DNA from: a virus
Lineage: Duplodnaviria > Caudoviricetes
Direction: 5' to 3' (one strand)
Length of the DNA stretch: 34,781 nucleotides
IMG/VR virus record: IMGVR_UViG_3300017589_000264
Span: 1-34,781 of that record
In this document: piece by piece, positions 16,476-26,534 of the stretch
Layout: every line of letters begins with the position of its first letter
How positions within the stretch are numbered: the stretch's first letter is position 1
The notes under the pieces: model-generated
The model's database searches: none
What the model was told of the DNA's origin: nothing
The model's input: only the letters and a program-made list of their open reading frames with translations
Made by a program: the position numbers and the translations under genes

Positions 16476-17850
16476 ACTCCTTGCTGAATTACATGAAATA
16501 TTTTTGCCTGATATTATTGGTAAAGGATATGCAACATTTTGGAATAATAAAAACCGATACAGAGTGTTAAAAGGTGGTAGAGCTTCTAAAAAATCAGTTA
16601 CTACTGCATACTGGTTTATTTATAACATAATGAAATATCCACTTGCTAATGCAGTTGTAGTTAGAAAGACATTTAGCACACTTAAAGACTCTACTTATGC
16701 TCAACTTAAATGGGCTGCAAGAAAATTAGGTGTTTATGATAAATGGAAATTTACTATATCACCATTGGAAGCCACATATTTACCAACTGGCCAAAAGATT
16801 TTATTTAGAGGATTTGATGATCCTTTAAAGCTAACATCAATTACTGTAGATATTGGAGTATTGTGCTGGGCATGGATTGAAGAGGCTTATGAGATAGAAG
16901 ATGAAGCCGATTTTGATACTTTCGACGAAAGTATACGTGGAGAAATGCCTGATGGCCTTTGGAAACAAATAACCATAACATATAATCCATGGGTTAATTC
17001 ACATTGGACTAAAACTAGATTCTGGGATAAAGTACATCCTAATACTTATAGACTTACAACAACATATAGGTGTAATGAGTGGCTGGATGATAGTGATAGA
17101 AAGCTAATTGAAGATGCTAGAATAAATAACCCTGACAGATATAAAGTTATAGGATTGGGCGAGTATGGAATACCGGGTGGTGTATACTTTGATGAATTTA
17201 GAACTGATATACATGTTATTAATTCTTTTGATATTCCTACTCATTGGAGACGATATAGGACTATTGACTATGGGTTAGATATGCTTGCTTGTTATTGGAT
17301 AGCAGTTGATACAAGAAATAAGGCTTATGTATACAAAGAGTTATATCAATCTAATTTAATTATTTCACAAGCTGCTAAAGCAATTTTAGATATGACTTTA
17401 CCAACTGAAAAAATTTATAGCACTATGGCCCCTGGAGACTTATGGAATAGAAGACAAGAAACCGGAAAGAGTGCATCAGAAATATTTATGGAGAATGGAT
17501 TATTTTTAACACAAGGTAATAATGAGAGGGTTCAAGGGTGGTTAAACTTAAAAGAATGGCTTAATCCGTATAAGGATGAGCAAAGCATTATGACTGCTGA
17601 TTTAGTTATTACTAAAAATTGTGTTAATTTAATAAGGACATTACCACAAATACAAAGTGATGTAAAAAATCCTAATGATGTAGCAACACAACCACATGAG
17701 TTGACACATGGACCTGATAGCATAAGATATTTTATTGCTGGCAGACCATCACCAGGTATTAATATTAAAAAACAAAATGTATATAATTTTAACTTTGAGA
17801 AACCAAAACCAAACCCAGTAGGAAAGGGGAATAAGATGCATGTTATATAA
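16465..17850 (+). CDS. terL: Terminase large subunit (PBSX-like)
   Basis: KGGRASKKS Walker A variant, WIEEA Walker B, TYNP, IDYG and HGPDSIRY nuclease motifs. Confidence 0.93.
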   Translation: MKTKLLAELHEIFLPDIIGKGYATFWNNKNRYRVLKGGRASKKSVTTAYWFIYNIMKYPLANAVVVRKTFSTLKDSTYAQLKWAARKLGVYDKWKFTISPLEATYLPTGQKILFRGFDDPLKLTSITVDIGVLCWAWIEEAYEIEDEADFDTFDESIRGEMPDGLWKQITITYNPWVNSHWTKTRFWDKVHPNTYRLTTTYRCNEWLDDSDRKLIEDARINNPDRYKVIGLGEYGIPGGVYFDEFRTDIHVINSFDIPTHWRRYRTIDYGLDMLACYWIAVDTRNKAYVYKELYQSNLIISQAAKAILDMTLPTEKIYSTMAPGDLWNRRQETGKSASEIFMENGLFLTQGNNERVQGWLNLKEWLNPYKDEQSIMTADLVITKNCVNLIRTLPQIQSDVKNPNDVATQPHELTHGPDSIRYFIAGRPSPGINIKKQNVYNFNFEKPKPNPVGKGNKMHVI

Positions 17851-18079
17851 TATTTTAATGGTTTGTATGATACCAGTTGTAGGTGCACTGGTATTTTTTA
17901 GTTATAGGCAAGGAATTAAAGACGGAAGAGCATTGAAAGAGGATAAAGAGATTAAACCTATTGTAGTTTTACCTAAGAGAGAAGCAAAACAAAGCGAAGA
18001 TGTTAAAAGATTAAATACTGTGCTTGATAATATTAATAATTACAATGGTGGCCCTATGGGACAAAGAGAGGTGAGATAG
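17840..18079 (+). CDS. Small membrane protein
   Basis: N-terminal hydrophobic segment; IxNYNG motif near the C-terminus. Confidence 0.7.
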   Translation: MLYNILMVCMIPVVGALVFFSYRQGIKDGRALKEDKEIKPIVVLPKREAKQSEDVKRLNTVLDNINNYNGGPMGQREVR

Positions 18080-19780
18080 TTGTTTGATAAATTAAAAGAT
18101 ACTAAGGAAACAACTGAAATATGGAATCTATACCAAAAGGGCATTGATTACATTCATAAAATTAGTTTAGTAAGTGAAACTGATGAAGCCCACAGAATGT
18201 ATACTGGAGACCAATGGTTTGGACTTCAAAGTGGTAAAGAAAAGATGCCAATGTTTAATTTTATCAAGGGTATTGTAAAATATAAAATTGCAATAGTATC
18301 TCAAAACAGTATGTCAGCTGTCTACAGTAACATGGGTTCTAAGGATGAAACGATAACAAAGGCATGTGAGGCTTTGAATGAACATTTTAGAAAGTCTTGG
18401 GAACTTGCTAAGATGGATACTTTAAGTTGGAAAGTTGTAAAAGATTCTTGTATCCAGGGTGATAGTTATTTGTTTTTTCCTAGTAGTGATGTAAAGGAGT
18501 CGCAAATACTTGATAATGTTAATGTTTTGTTAGGTGATGAAAAGAATTCTAACATCCAGGAACAGCCTTATATAATTATTGTTGAAAGGCGATTTGTAAA
18601 TGAAGTTAAGAAAGATGCTAAAAAATATGGAATCAAAAAAGATGATATTGATTTAATTGTTTCTGATGAAGATTATCAAAACCAATTAGGTGATAAAAAT
18701 GATGTTGAAAGCAAGAATGGAAAATGTACATCACTATTGTATATGTACAAGGATAAAGAAGGTATTGTTCATTTTTCAAGGAGTGTAAGAAATATAATAT
18801 ATCAACCAGATATTATATTACAATCTGCAGATAGCGAGGGTAATTTAACTGGAAGGGGACTTAAAAGATATCAGCTCATTAATTTCATTTGGGAAGACAA
18901 AAAAGGTACTGCAAGAGGTGTAGGAGAAGTAAAACAATGGATTCCTAATCAAATCGAAGTAAATAAGACTTTAGCACGTAGAAGTATTTCTATACAACAG
19001 AGTGCTTTTAGTAAGCTCGCATATGATGAGAATGCAATTAGTAATCCTGACGATTTAGATATTGTTGGTGCAAAAATTGCTATAAAAAATGGTACAGCAC
19101 AAAGCATAAATAATATGATTGCTTATCTTAATCCATCTACTATGTCATCTGATGCTAAAAACTTATCTGATGAATTAGTACTTACTTCAAAAGAATTAGC
19201 CGGTGCTGGTGACAGTGCAACTGGTGCAATAGATCCTACAAAGGCATCTGGAACAGCCATCATTGCAGTAAGAGACCAATCAGCTTTACCACTTAATGAA
19301 CAAATAACAACTTATAAGCAATTTGTTGAGGATTTAGCCTTATTATGGTATGAAATATGGGTTGCATATAATCCTAATGGATTAACTGTTGAGATGAAAG
19401 ATGAAGAACAAGGTGAATATCAATTTGTTATTCCAGCGGATGTATTAGAGGGTATGAAGGTAAATGTTAGAATTGATGTATCTCAAAATAATCCATATAG
19501 TAGATTTGCTCAAGAACAATCATTAGAAAACTTATTTGCAATGAAAGCCATATCATTTGATGAATATGTAGAGGCTTTGGATGAAGATGCAGCAGTTCCC
19601 AAAGGTAAATTACAGGATATAATTGATAAAAGGCAAGAGCAAATGAAAAAAGAAATGGAACATCAAGCACAAATTCAAGGTTTACAAAAACAGTTGCAAC
19701 AATATCAAGGGCAACTACAGCAATCAACAGATTTGATTACACAACTAGGAGGTGGTCAAGGTGAAATGCAAGCAATGTAA
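18080..19780 (+). CDS. Portal protein (P22-like)
   Basis: Position after terL; YTGDQW, FNFIK, SGTAI motifs; Q-rich C-terminal helix. Confidence 0.85.
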   Translation: MFDKLKDTKETTEIWNLYQKGIDYIHKISLVSETDEAHRMYTGDQWFGLQSGKEKMPMFNFIKGIVKYKIAIVSQNSMSAVYSNMGSKDETITKACEALNEHFRKSWELAKMDTLSWKVVKDSCIQGDSYLFFPSSDVKESQILDNVNVLLGDEKNSNIQEQPYIIIVERRFVNEVKKDAKKYGIKKDDIDLIVSDEDYQNQLGDKNDVESKNGKCTSLLYMYKDKEGIVHFSRSVRNIIYQPDIILQSADSEGNLTGRGLKRYQLINFIWEDKKGTARGVGEVKQWIPNQIEVNKTLARRSISIQQSAFSKLAYDENAISNPDDLDIVGAKIAIKNGTAQSINNMIAYLNPSTMSSDAKNLSDELVLTSKELAGAGDSATGAIDPTKASGTAIIAVRDQSALPLNEQITTYKQFVEDLALLWYEIWVAYNPNGLTVEMKDEEQGEYQFVIPADVLEGMKVNVRIDVSQNNPYSRFAQEQSLENLFAMKAISFDEYVEALDEDAAVPKGKLQDIIDKRQEQMKKEMEHQAQIQGLQKQLQQYQGQLQQSTDLITQLGGGQGEMQAM

Positions 19781-19907
19781 TACTGAAATGTTAATTGATA
19801 GTACAACTGTTGAGGAAAACAAAGAAACTTTTAATTATAAGTGTCCTAATCCTCAGTGTGGTAATTATGGATATAAAAAAGAAGAAAAAACGGAGGAAAT
19901 AAAATGA
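19761..19907 (+). CDS. Small zinc-ribbon protein (48 aa), not in ORF track
   Basis: MKCKQC...YKCPNPQC; GGAGGTGG RBS; ATGA overlap with the next gene. Confidence 0.7.
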   Translation: MKCKQCNTEMLIDSTTVEENKETFNYKCPNPQCGNYGYKKEEKTEEIK

Positions 19908-20155
19908 ACTTTGGAAAAGCTATTGAATTATTAAAAGAAGGTAAAAGGGTTGCGAGGCGAGGTTGGAATGGAAAAGGAATTTTCATTAAAATGCAAATAC
20001 AATTAATGGATAGAGGGTTTACTATGACACAACCGTTCATATATATAGATACGACAGAATTAGAAACAACTAATCCTTTAGCTCCAAAAGGTAGGGTGCC
20101 ATGGTTTGCAAGTCAAACAGATATGTTTGCTGATGATTGGATGGTAGTTGAATAA
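19904..20155 (+). CDS. tad2: DUF2829 / Tad2-like nucleotide-sponge protein
   Basis: MNFGKAIELLKEGKRVARRGWNGKG...VPWFASQTDMFADDW signature. Confidence 0.8.
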   Translation: MNFGKAIELLKEGKRVARRGWNGKGIFIKMQIQLMDRGFTMTQPFIYIDTTELETTNPLAPKGRVPWFASQTDMFADDWMVVE

Positions 20156-20592
20156 TGGAAAAGTATCTAGGCGTTAAGTTAATCGAAGCTGAACCAATAA
20201 TGTTAAATGATGCAGAAGAACATCTGAAAAAGAAAATACAGACTAATAATGAGCCAGGATATTTAATTAGATATCCTGATGGTTACGAAAGTTGGTCCCC
20301 TAAAGATGTGTTTGAAAAAGCATATATGAAAGTTGGAGACAACAATACAATCGAAGAACACAACATAAAAGAGTTTGTTAAATTCTATGATGTTAAGAAA
20401 TGGGGAGATAAGACAACAGTAGTTCATGCTATATTAGTTAATGGGTTTATTATAACTGAATCATCAAGTTGTGTAGATCCTTCTAATTTCAATATGGATA
20501 TAGGAGAGTCTATTTGCAAAGAGAAAATAAATAATAGGTTGTGGGAAATGCTAGGGTTTATGCTTCAGACAGGTGTTAAAGGAATAAAATAA
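20155..20592 (+). CDS. Two-domain protein: SWSPK domain plus N4 Gp49/Sf6 gp66-family (Acb4-like) domain
   Basis: GYLIRYPDGYESWSPKDVFEKAY; TTVV..L.NGF...ESSSCVDPSNFN..IG..IC...LWEMLGFML. Confidence 0.7.
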   Translation: MEKYLGVKLIEAEPIMLNDAEEHLKKKIQTNNEPGYLIRYPDGYESWSPKDVFEKAYMKVGDNNTIEEHNIKEFVKFYDVKKWGDKTTVVHAILVNGFIITESSSCVDPSNFNMDIGESICKEKINNRLWEMLGFMLQTGVKGIK

Positions 20593-20617
20593 AGGACTTA
20601 CAGTGTAGGTTCTTTTT
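20591..20617 (+). terminator. Terminator-like hairpin after the sponge-like genes
   Basis: AAAGGACTTAC-AGT-GTAGGTTCTTT plus T-run. Confidence 0.6.
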
Positions 20618-20668
20618 ATTTATACAAAATTATCGCAGGTAATAGCGTAAAAATACAGGGAGAGTGTT

Positions 20669-21427
20669 ATGTTTAAAAAATTAAATTTACAATTATTTGC
20701 TGAGCAAGGAATTGAAGAACCAAGCGTAGAAAATCAAGAGGTCGCTGTACTTGAAACAGATGAATTAATTGCTGGTGCAGAGAAAAATCAAGAACCAAGC
20801 GTAGAAAAGATTGATGTCGCTGAACAATCTATTGATGAATCTAAACCAAATAGGGATTTTGAAAAAGATAGTGCTTTTGCTAATATGCGTAGGCAAGTTG
20901 AACAAACAAAGAGACAAAATGAAATGCTTGCTAAAACATTTCAAAATTTTGGTTTTAATGGTACTCCAGAAGAAATCATTGACCAAGCTAATGCACATTA
21001 TCTACAAAAACCTATTGAAGAGGTTAGGCAACAAAGAATAACACAAGAACAACAGCAATCACAAGAAATGCAAAGACAAGCTGAACTTGATTTTTATAAA
21101 AGTAAAGAAATTGAAAGATTGATGAATGATGATTTACAAAGAATTCAGAAATTAGATCCTACTATAAAATCACTTAATGATTTAGGAGATGGATATTTCA
21201 ATTTAATCAAGGCTGGTGTTGATGCTGAAATGGCTTTTAATGTAATTCAACAAAAGAAACAAAGAGAAACAAAGATTCCCCCTACAGAGATAGGAAAGGT
21301 TAATTCTAAATCTAAAAGTGAAAAAGACTACTATTCACCAGAAGAAGTAGACAAGTTGTCTACTAAGGAATTAGATGATCCTAAAGTTTGGGAGAAGGTA
21401 AGAAATTCAATGACTAAATGGAAATAA
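20669..21427 (+). CDS. Capsid scaffolding protein
   Basis: Acidic and coiled-coil, directly upstream of the capsid gene; LNLQLFA leader; FANMRR. Confidence 0.8.
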   Translation: MFKKLNLQLFAEQGIEEPSVENQEVAVLETDELIAGAEKNQEPSVEKIDVAEQSIDESKPNRDFEKDSAFANMRRQVEQTKRQNEMLAKTFQNFGFNGTPEEIIDQANAHYLQKPIEEVRQQRITQEQQQSQEMQRQAELDFYKSKEIERLMNDDLQRIQKLDPTIKSLNDLGDGYFNLIKAGVDAEMAFNVIQQKKQRETKIPPTEIGKVNSKSKSEKDYYSPEEVDKLSTKELDDPKVWEKVRNSMTKWK

Positions 21428-21451
21428 AAAATATGAAAGGTAGGTAATAAA

Positions 21452-22264
21452 ATGAGTTATAACAATTTTAAAGCTACTGTATGGTCTAAATACATCCAGT
21501 TAGAGCTTGAAAGAAAATGCATCCTTGCAGATTGGTGTAATAAGAAATTCGAGGGGCAAGCAAAACATAATGAAAAGGTTAAAATAATTGGAGTAGGTAC
21601 TCCAACTATAGGTAACTATACTGGAACATCTATTGGAACTCCTGAAACTATTGATGATAGCTCTGTATTCATGACTATTGATCAAGCTAAATTTTTCAAC
21701 TTTATGGTTGATGATATTGATAAAGCACAGGCTCAACCTGGACTTATGGAAGCAATTTTGACTAATACAACAAGAGCTATGGCTATTGTAAGAGATAAAC
21801 ATGTTGCATCAAGGGCGGTTGAAGCTGGTTCGATTAGTTCATCTAAAAAAATAACAACGGCTGCTGAGGCTAAGACAGCTATTGATGAAGGTATATTAGC
21901 TTTAAGAGAAAAAGATGTTGAATTGGATATGGAAGTAGTAATTGAAATTCCGTATTTTGTTTACTTATTGTTTAAAGACAAGTTAGTTGAACTTAAAACT
22001 AACAATGATGAACTTATAAAAAAAGGAATCGTAGGAATGTATGACAACTGTTATGTAAGAACATCAAATAATCTTTACAATGATGGAACTGATACTCATT
22101 GTATGATTAGAACTAAAGATGCTATTGCGTTTGCAGGTGGAATTGATAAAACAGAAGCATATAGACCTGAATCATTGTTCTCTGATGCAATGAAGGGCTT
22201 AAATACTTTTGGTGGAAAAGTTGTAAGACCTAAAGAACTTTACGTAATTAAAGCACATAAATAG
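21452..22264 (+). CDS. Major capsid protein (HK97 fold, P22-coat-like)
   Basis: NFKATVWS, TIDQAKFFNFMVDDIDKAQ, FSDAMKGL..FGGKVVRP. Confidence 0.88.
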   Translation: MSYNNFKATVWSKYIQLELERKCILADWCNKKFEGQAKHNEKVKIIGVGTPTIGNYTGTSIGTPETIDDSSVFMTIDQAKFFNFMVDDIDKAQAQPGLMEAILTNTTRAMAIVRDKHVASRAVEAGSISSSKKITTAAEAKTAIDEGILALREKDVELDMEVVIEIPYFVYLLFKDKLVELKTNNDELIKKGIVGMYDNCYVRTSNNLYNDGTDTHCMIRTKDAIAFAGGIDKTEAYRPESLFSDAMKGLNTFGGKVVRPKELYVIKAHK

Positions 22265-22279
22265 AAGGGAGTGATATAA

Positions 22280-22618
22280 ATGGCAGCAACAGCAATAGTA
22301 AACACTAAGCTTGATAGAAATATAGCAGCTGCTTTACCAGCTACTGCAACAATAGATGGTACTGATGGTGCGTTAATAACAGCAGATGCAGATCAAAAGA
22401 TGCTTTTAATTCTAGAGAAAACTTCAGCAGCAGGAGATTTAACAATTGTTAAAGGTAATGCACTTCAAGGTACAACAGATTTAGTTGTAACTTTCGCAGC
22501 AGTTGGTTCAAAAGTTATTAACATTGAAAGTGGAAAGTTTGTAAATGTTAGTGGTACTAATAAAGGTAAAATTTTGGTAACTGGTGTAGGTAAGGTATCA
22601 GTTGTAGTTTTACCATAG
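22280..22618 (+). CDS. Probable head decoration protein
   Basis: Small A/T/V/G-rich protein between the capsid gene and a terminator. Confidence 0.55.
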   Translation: MAATAIVNTKLDRNIAAALPATATIDGTDGALITADADQKMLLILEKTSAAGDLTIVKGNALQGTTDLVVTFAAVGSKVINIESGKFVNVSGTNKGKILVTGVGKVSVVVLP

Positions 22619-22620
22619 AT

Positions 22621-22644
22621 AAAAGGTGGAGCAATCCACCTTTT
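22621..22644 (+). terminator. Intrinsic terminator after head genes
   Basis: AAAAGGTGGA-GCAA-TCCACCTTTT. Confidence 0.85.
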
Positions 22645-22707
22645 ATATTGTCAACATAAGAGTATATAGCGGTGCAACTCCGCAAATGTTGGGAAGGAGA
22701 TGAATAT

Positions 22708-23253
22708 ATGACAGTCAAAGAGATTATAGGTAAGATTATGGTTAATTTAGATGAGGTTACATCAAATAATCTGACAGTTAACTCTGCAGAATATATTGAT
22801 AAGATTTATCCTTTAATCGATACTATACAGACAGAAATTGCAACTATTGTTAAGCCTGTCAAAGCTTATATAACCATTGATAGTGTCAATAAAAGGATTG
22901 ATGTACCTGGTGATTGTTTTGAATTTTTAAAAGTTTATGACTCTGATATGACACCTATAAAGTTCTTGTTTTATGATAACAGGGTATTTCTAGAAGAAGA
23001 CGGAACTTTTACTTTGCATTATAACAAGTATCCTAAAAAAATAGATAAAGATACTCTTGATAGTGAAGAATTAGAAATTGATAGGGATTGTCAAGAAGCT
23101 TTAGTTTATGGTGTGTGTGCTGGTATCTGTATTAATGATGAGCCTGAGTTGTATGATACCTATTTAGATAGATATAATACTTTGCTTGCTAATATCACAT
23201 CTAGAATGCAAAACAATCCAAAGGCAAGCGTGATAGGTGGTTTTAGGATATGA
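22708..23253 (+). CDS. Head-tail adaptor
   Basis: ATG 22708 after GAAGGAG; Y...P...L.I......ALVYG adaptor-like pattern; position. Confidence 0.65.
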   Translation: MTVKEIIGKIMVNLDEVTSNNLTVNSAEYIDKIYPLIDTIQTEIATIVKPVKAYITIDSVNKRIDVPGDCFEFLKVYDSDMTPIKFLFYDNRVFLEEDGTFTLHYNKYPKKIDKDTLDSEELEIDRDCQEALVYGVCAGICINDEPELYDTYLDRYNTLLANITSRMQNNPKASVIGGFRI

Positions 23254-25127
23254 TTACAAGTAATAGAAATAGAAATAGCGTACCACGCAAAACAACTGTA
23301 TATAATCAATTTAGAGGTGTAGATTTTAGTGTTGATAGTTCTTTGGTTGATAAAGAAAGAAGTCCATTTGCTCCTAATTTGATAGCAGATACTGGTGGAA
23401 TGCCTGAAAAGCGTTTAGGGTGGAGAACTATACACACATTAGAACAACCTATTAATGGCTTGTTTTTCGGGGAAATTAATGGTGTTGATACTTTTATAGC
23501 TCATGGTGGAACAAAGCTTTATAAATGGAATATGCTTACTTTTACTGAGATTAAAACAGGTTTGAATAATGCAAAATCAACAGCTTTCTTTATGAAAGAA
23601 AATAACGTTGGTAAAATATATGTTCTTACTGGAAATGATTATATTAGTTATGATGGTACTACTGTAACATCTGTAAGTGATAATGCTTATGTACCTACTA
23701 TATTAATATCTAGAATTCCAACTGGTGGCGGAACTGTGCTAGAGGCCATTAATTTAATAGGCAATAAAAGAAAAGAAAGTTTTTTAGGTAATAACACAGA
23801 TAAAATTTATCAATTATCAGCAAATAATATTGAATCTATTGAAAAAATAGAGGTTACAAATGCTAGTGGTGGATTAGATACTTTAATTTTAACTACTGAT
23901 TATACAGTTGATTTAGTTACTGGCAAAGTTACATTTGTAGCTTTGCATCCACCTATTGTTGCTGGTCAGGATAATGTATTTATTACTTATAAAAAAACTG
24001 TGTCAGGATATGCAGATAGAATAAAGAAATGTACTATATCAACTCTTTATGGGTTAGGTGGAAGTAATAGAGTGTTTTTAAGTGGTAATCCTGAATATAA
24101 GGCCTATGATTGGTATTCTCAAATATTTAATCCATCTTATTTCCCTGATTTAGGCTATGGAGTTGTTGGAAGTGATGATACAGCTATTATGGGTTATCAA
24201 AAACTTGGTAAGTTTTTGATTATCATAAAAGAAGATAATCAGCAAGATAGCACTATATTCCAACGTTGGGGTACTTTGAAAGATGATGGAAGTATTATCT
24301 TTAATATTGAACAAGGTGTTGCCGGTACTGGTGCCATAAGTAAAAATTGTTTTGTTAATTTAATTGATGAACCTATGTTTTTATCAAGGCAAGGGATTAT
24401 GGCCACAACAAGTACAAATATACTGGCCGAGAGAACTGTTAGAAATAGATCATATCATATAGATCCACAATTGACTAAAGAGTCTAATTTATTTGATGCT
24501 ATTGCTACGGAATGGAATGGTTATTATGTTTTGGCTATCAATAGTAGAGTTTACATTTTGGATAGTAGAAATAAATCATATAAAAATGAAAGCAATAGTG
24601 ATTTTGTTTATCAATGTTATCATTGGGAAAACATACCTGCAATATGCTTTTTATCTATAAATGGTGAACTTTATTTTGGCACTAAAGACGGCAGAATTTG
24701 CAAATTTAATACGGATATTAAAGAACGTACAAGGTTCAATGATGATGATAAACCTGTTATTTGTTATTGGTCCACTAAAAATGATGATGATGGTGCCTCT
24801 TATCTTTATAAAACTATGCAGAAGAAAGGATGTACCGCTACTATTAAACCTTTTGTAAGGTCTAGTGCTAAGATATTAGTTGTTGCTGATGGTGACCCAG
24901 AGATTCAATTAAGGTACCACACAATGGATGTATTTGATTGGGATGATATAGATTTTGAAAGATTTACTTTCAATACTAATTTTAGTCCTCAGGATATTTA
25001 TTTTAAAAAGAAAATTAAAAAGTACAAGAGGTTACAAATTATAATTAAAAACGAGGGTTTAAGCGAAGGATTTGGTATTTTTCAAATTGTTAAAACTTAT
25101 ACTGTCGGTAATTATGCTAAAAAATAA
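23250..25127 (+). CDS. Podovirus tail nozzle / stabilisation protein (P22 gp10-like role)
   Basis: FRGVD start, KRLG, PSYFPD, FLSRQG; beta-rich 625 aa after the adaptor. Confidence 0.65.
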   Translation: MITSNRNRNSVPRKTTVYNQFRGVDFSVDSSLVDKERSPFAPNLIADTGGMPEKRLGWRTIHTLEQPINGLFFGEINGVDTFIAHGGTKLYKWNMLTFTEIKTGLNNAKSTAFFMKENNVGKIYVLTGNDYISYDGTTVTSVSDNAYVPTILISRIPTGGGTVLEAINLIGNKRKESFLGNNTDKIYQLSANNIESIEKIEVTNASGGLDTLILTTDYTVDLVTGKVTFVALHPPIVAGQDNVFITYKKTVSGYADRIKKCTISTLYGLGGSNRVFLSGNPEYKAYDWYSQIFNPSYFPDLGYGVVGSDDTAIMGYQKLGKFLIIIKEDNQQDSTIFQRWGTLKDDGSIIFNIEQGVAGTGAISKNCFVNLIDEPMFLSRQGIMATTSTNILAERTVRNRSYHIDPQLTKESNLFDAIATEWNGYYVLAINSRVYILDSRNKSYKNESNSDFVYQCYHWENIPAICFLSINGELYFGTKDGRICKFNTDIKERTRFNDDDKPVICYWSTKNDDDGASYLYKTMQKKGCTATIKPFVRSSAKILVVADGDPEIQLRYHTMDVFDWDDIDFERFTFNTNFSPQDIYFKKKIKKYKRLQIIIKNEGLSEGFGIFQIVKTYTVGNYAKK

Positions 25128-25140
25128 AGGAGGATAAAAC

Positions 25141-26520
25141 ATGATATTACCTATTGTAGCATCTCTTGCAGCTAAAGCTTATGATGCTTATAAAGATAAA
25201 GTTAATACATCAAGTACTGTGGCAAAATCTACACCAAGTACGTCAAATGTTGTTAAACCTGTTACTACAAGTAGTGCAACTAGTAGTACTCCTACTGTCG
25301 CAGATCATCAAGCTTATATAAACCAATCTAATCCTGGTGGGATGGATGCTTATACCAAATTACAACAAGATAGATATAATCAAGCATTATCAAGCAATGA
25401 CCTTGATTTATTAAAAAGATTGCAGGCAGATTCTGTAACTAGGGGATATGATTTGTCGCAACCTCAAAAAATTCAAGAATTACCTTTAAATAATCCTTAT
25501 GAACAGTATATGGCAGAAATGCAACAAAAATATGATAGCTTAAATAGTCAAATAGCTAATTCTAATCAACTAGCTGTTAATCAAGGTGTTGATAGGTTAA
25601 ATAGTCAAAGGTCAAATATTAATCAAGGGTTTGATGAAAATGCAAGACAAGCATATGTATCTAGTATGCAAGCTAAAAACGCATTACCTCAACAGTTAGC
25701 TAGTCAAGGTATAAATGGCGGTGCAACTGAAACTTCTATGTTAGGACTTAATACAAATTATGAAAACAATTTGAATAGTATTAATACTAATAGACAAAAT
25801 TCTTTATTAGATATTGATAACTCTATAATTGATTTAAAAAACAGTGGTAGTTTAAATACAGCACAACAAACTTTACAAAATAATCAAGCTGCATTATCTG
25901 CTTATCAAAACATGTTGAACAGTTCTGCTGGATACAACCAATGGTTAACTGAGTATAATTCAAATAGGGATGACACTGAGTATAATCAAAATTATCAATC
26001 CGGAAGAGATCAAGTAAATGATAATAATTATAACAATGAAATAGCTAATTCTAATAAACAAACAGAATATAATAACATTTTAAATCGTTTAAGTATGGGA
26101 TTGATTTCTGCTGATGATGCTGTAGCTTTGGGAGTTCCGGCTAATGATGTACAGGCTTATGTTGATAGAATTAAAGCTGCTCAAAGTGCAGAATTGGCTA
26201 ATACTATTGCAAGTACAAATAAAATAAATTCGAGTGGTAGTAAAAGTCCAACTGAAACAAGTCCAGTTACAACAGCTGATAAATATTTATCTCAGGGTAA
26301 TAGAACAAAAGCAATTGAAACTTTATCGTCTATATACACAAATAATGAAATTAAACAATACTTAGAAAGTAATGGTTATAGAACAGATGATATAGACTGG
26401 GGAAAAGAAGACATAAGTTCTCGCTATGAAAATCCACTTATAAGTACTGGAAATGTTATAAGTTATTATAAGAGCAAAGGATATACCAATGAACAAATTG
26501 CAAGTCTTTTAAATAAATAA
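25141..26520 (+). CDS. Probable DNA ejection / internal virion protein
   Basis: N/Q/S-rich helical composition, QQLASQGINGGATETS motif; position. Confidence 0.55.
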   Translation: MILPIVASLAAKAYDAYKDKVNTSSTVAKSTPSTSNVVKPVTTSSATSSTPTVADHQAYINQSNPGGMDAYTKLQQDRYNQALSSNDLDLLKRLQADSVTRGYDLSQPQKIQELPLNNPYEQYMAEMQQKYDSLNSQIANSNQLAVNQGVDRLNSQRSNINQGFDENARQAYVSSMQAKNALPQQLASQGINGGATETSMLGLNTNYENNLNSINTNRQNSLLDIDNSIIDLKNSGSLNTAQQTLQNNQAALSAYQNMLNSSAGYNQWLTEYNSNRDDTEYNQNYQSGRDQVNDNNYNNEIANSNKQTEYNNILNRLSMGLISADDAVALGVPANDVQAYVDRIKAAQSAELANTIASTNKINSSGSKSPTETSPVTTADKYLSQGNRTKAIETLSSIYTNNEIKQYLESNGYRTDDIDWGKEDISSRYENPLISTGNVISYYKSKGYTNEQIASLLNK

Positions 26521-26534
26521 GGCGGTGTTAATGT

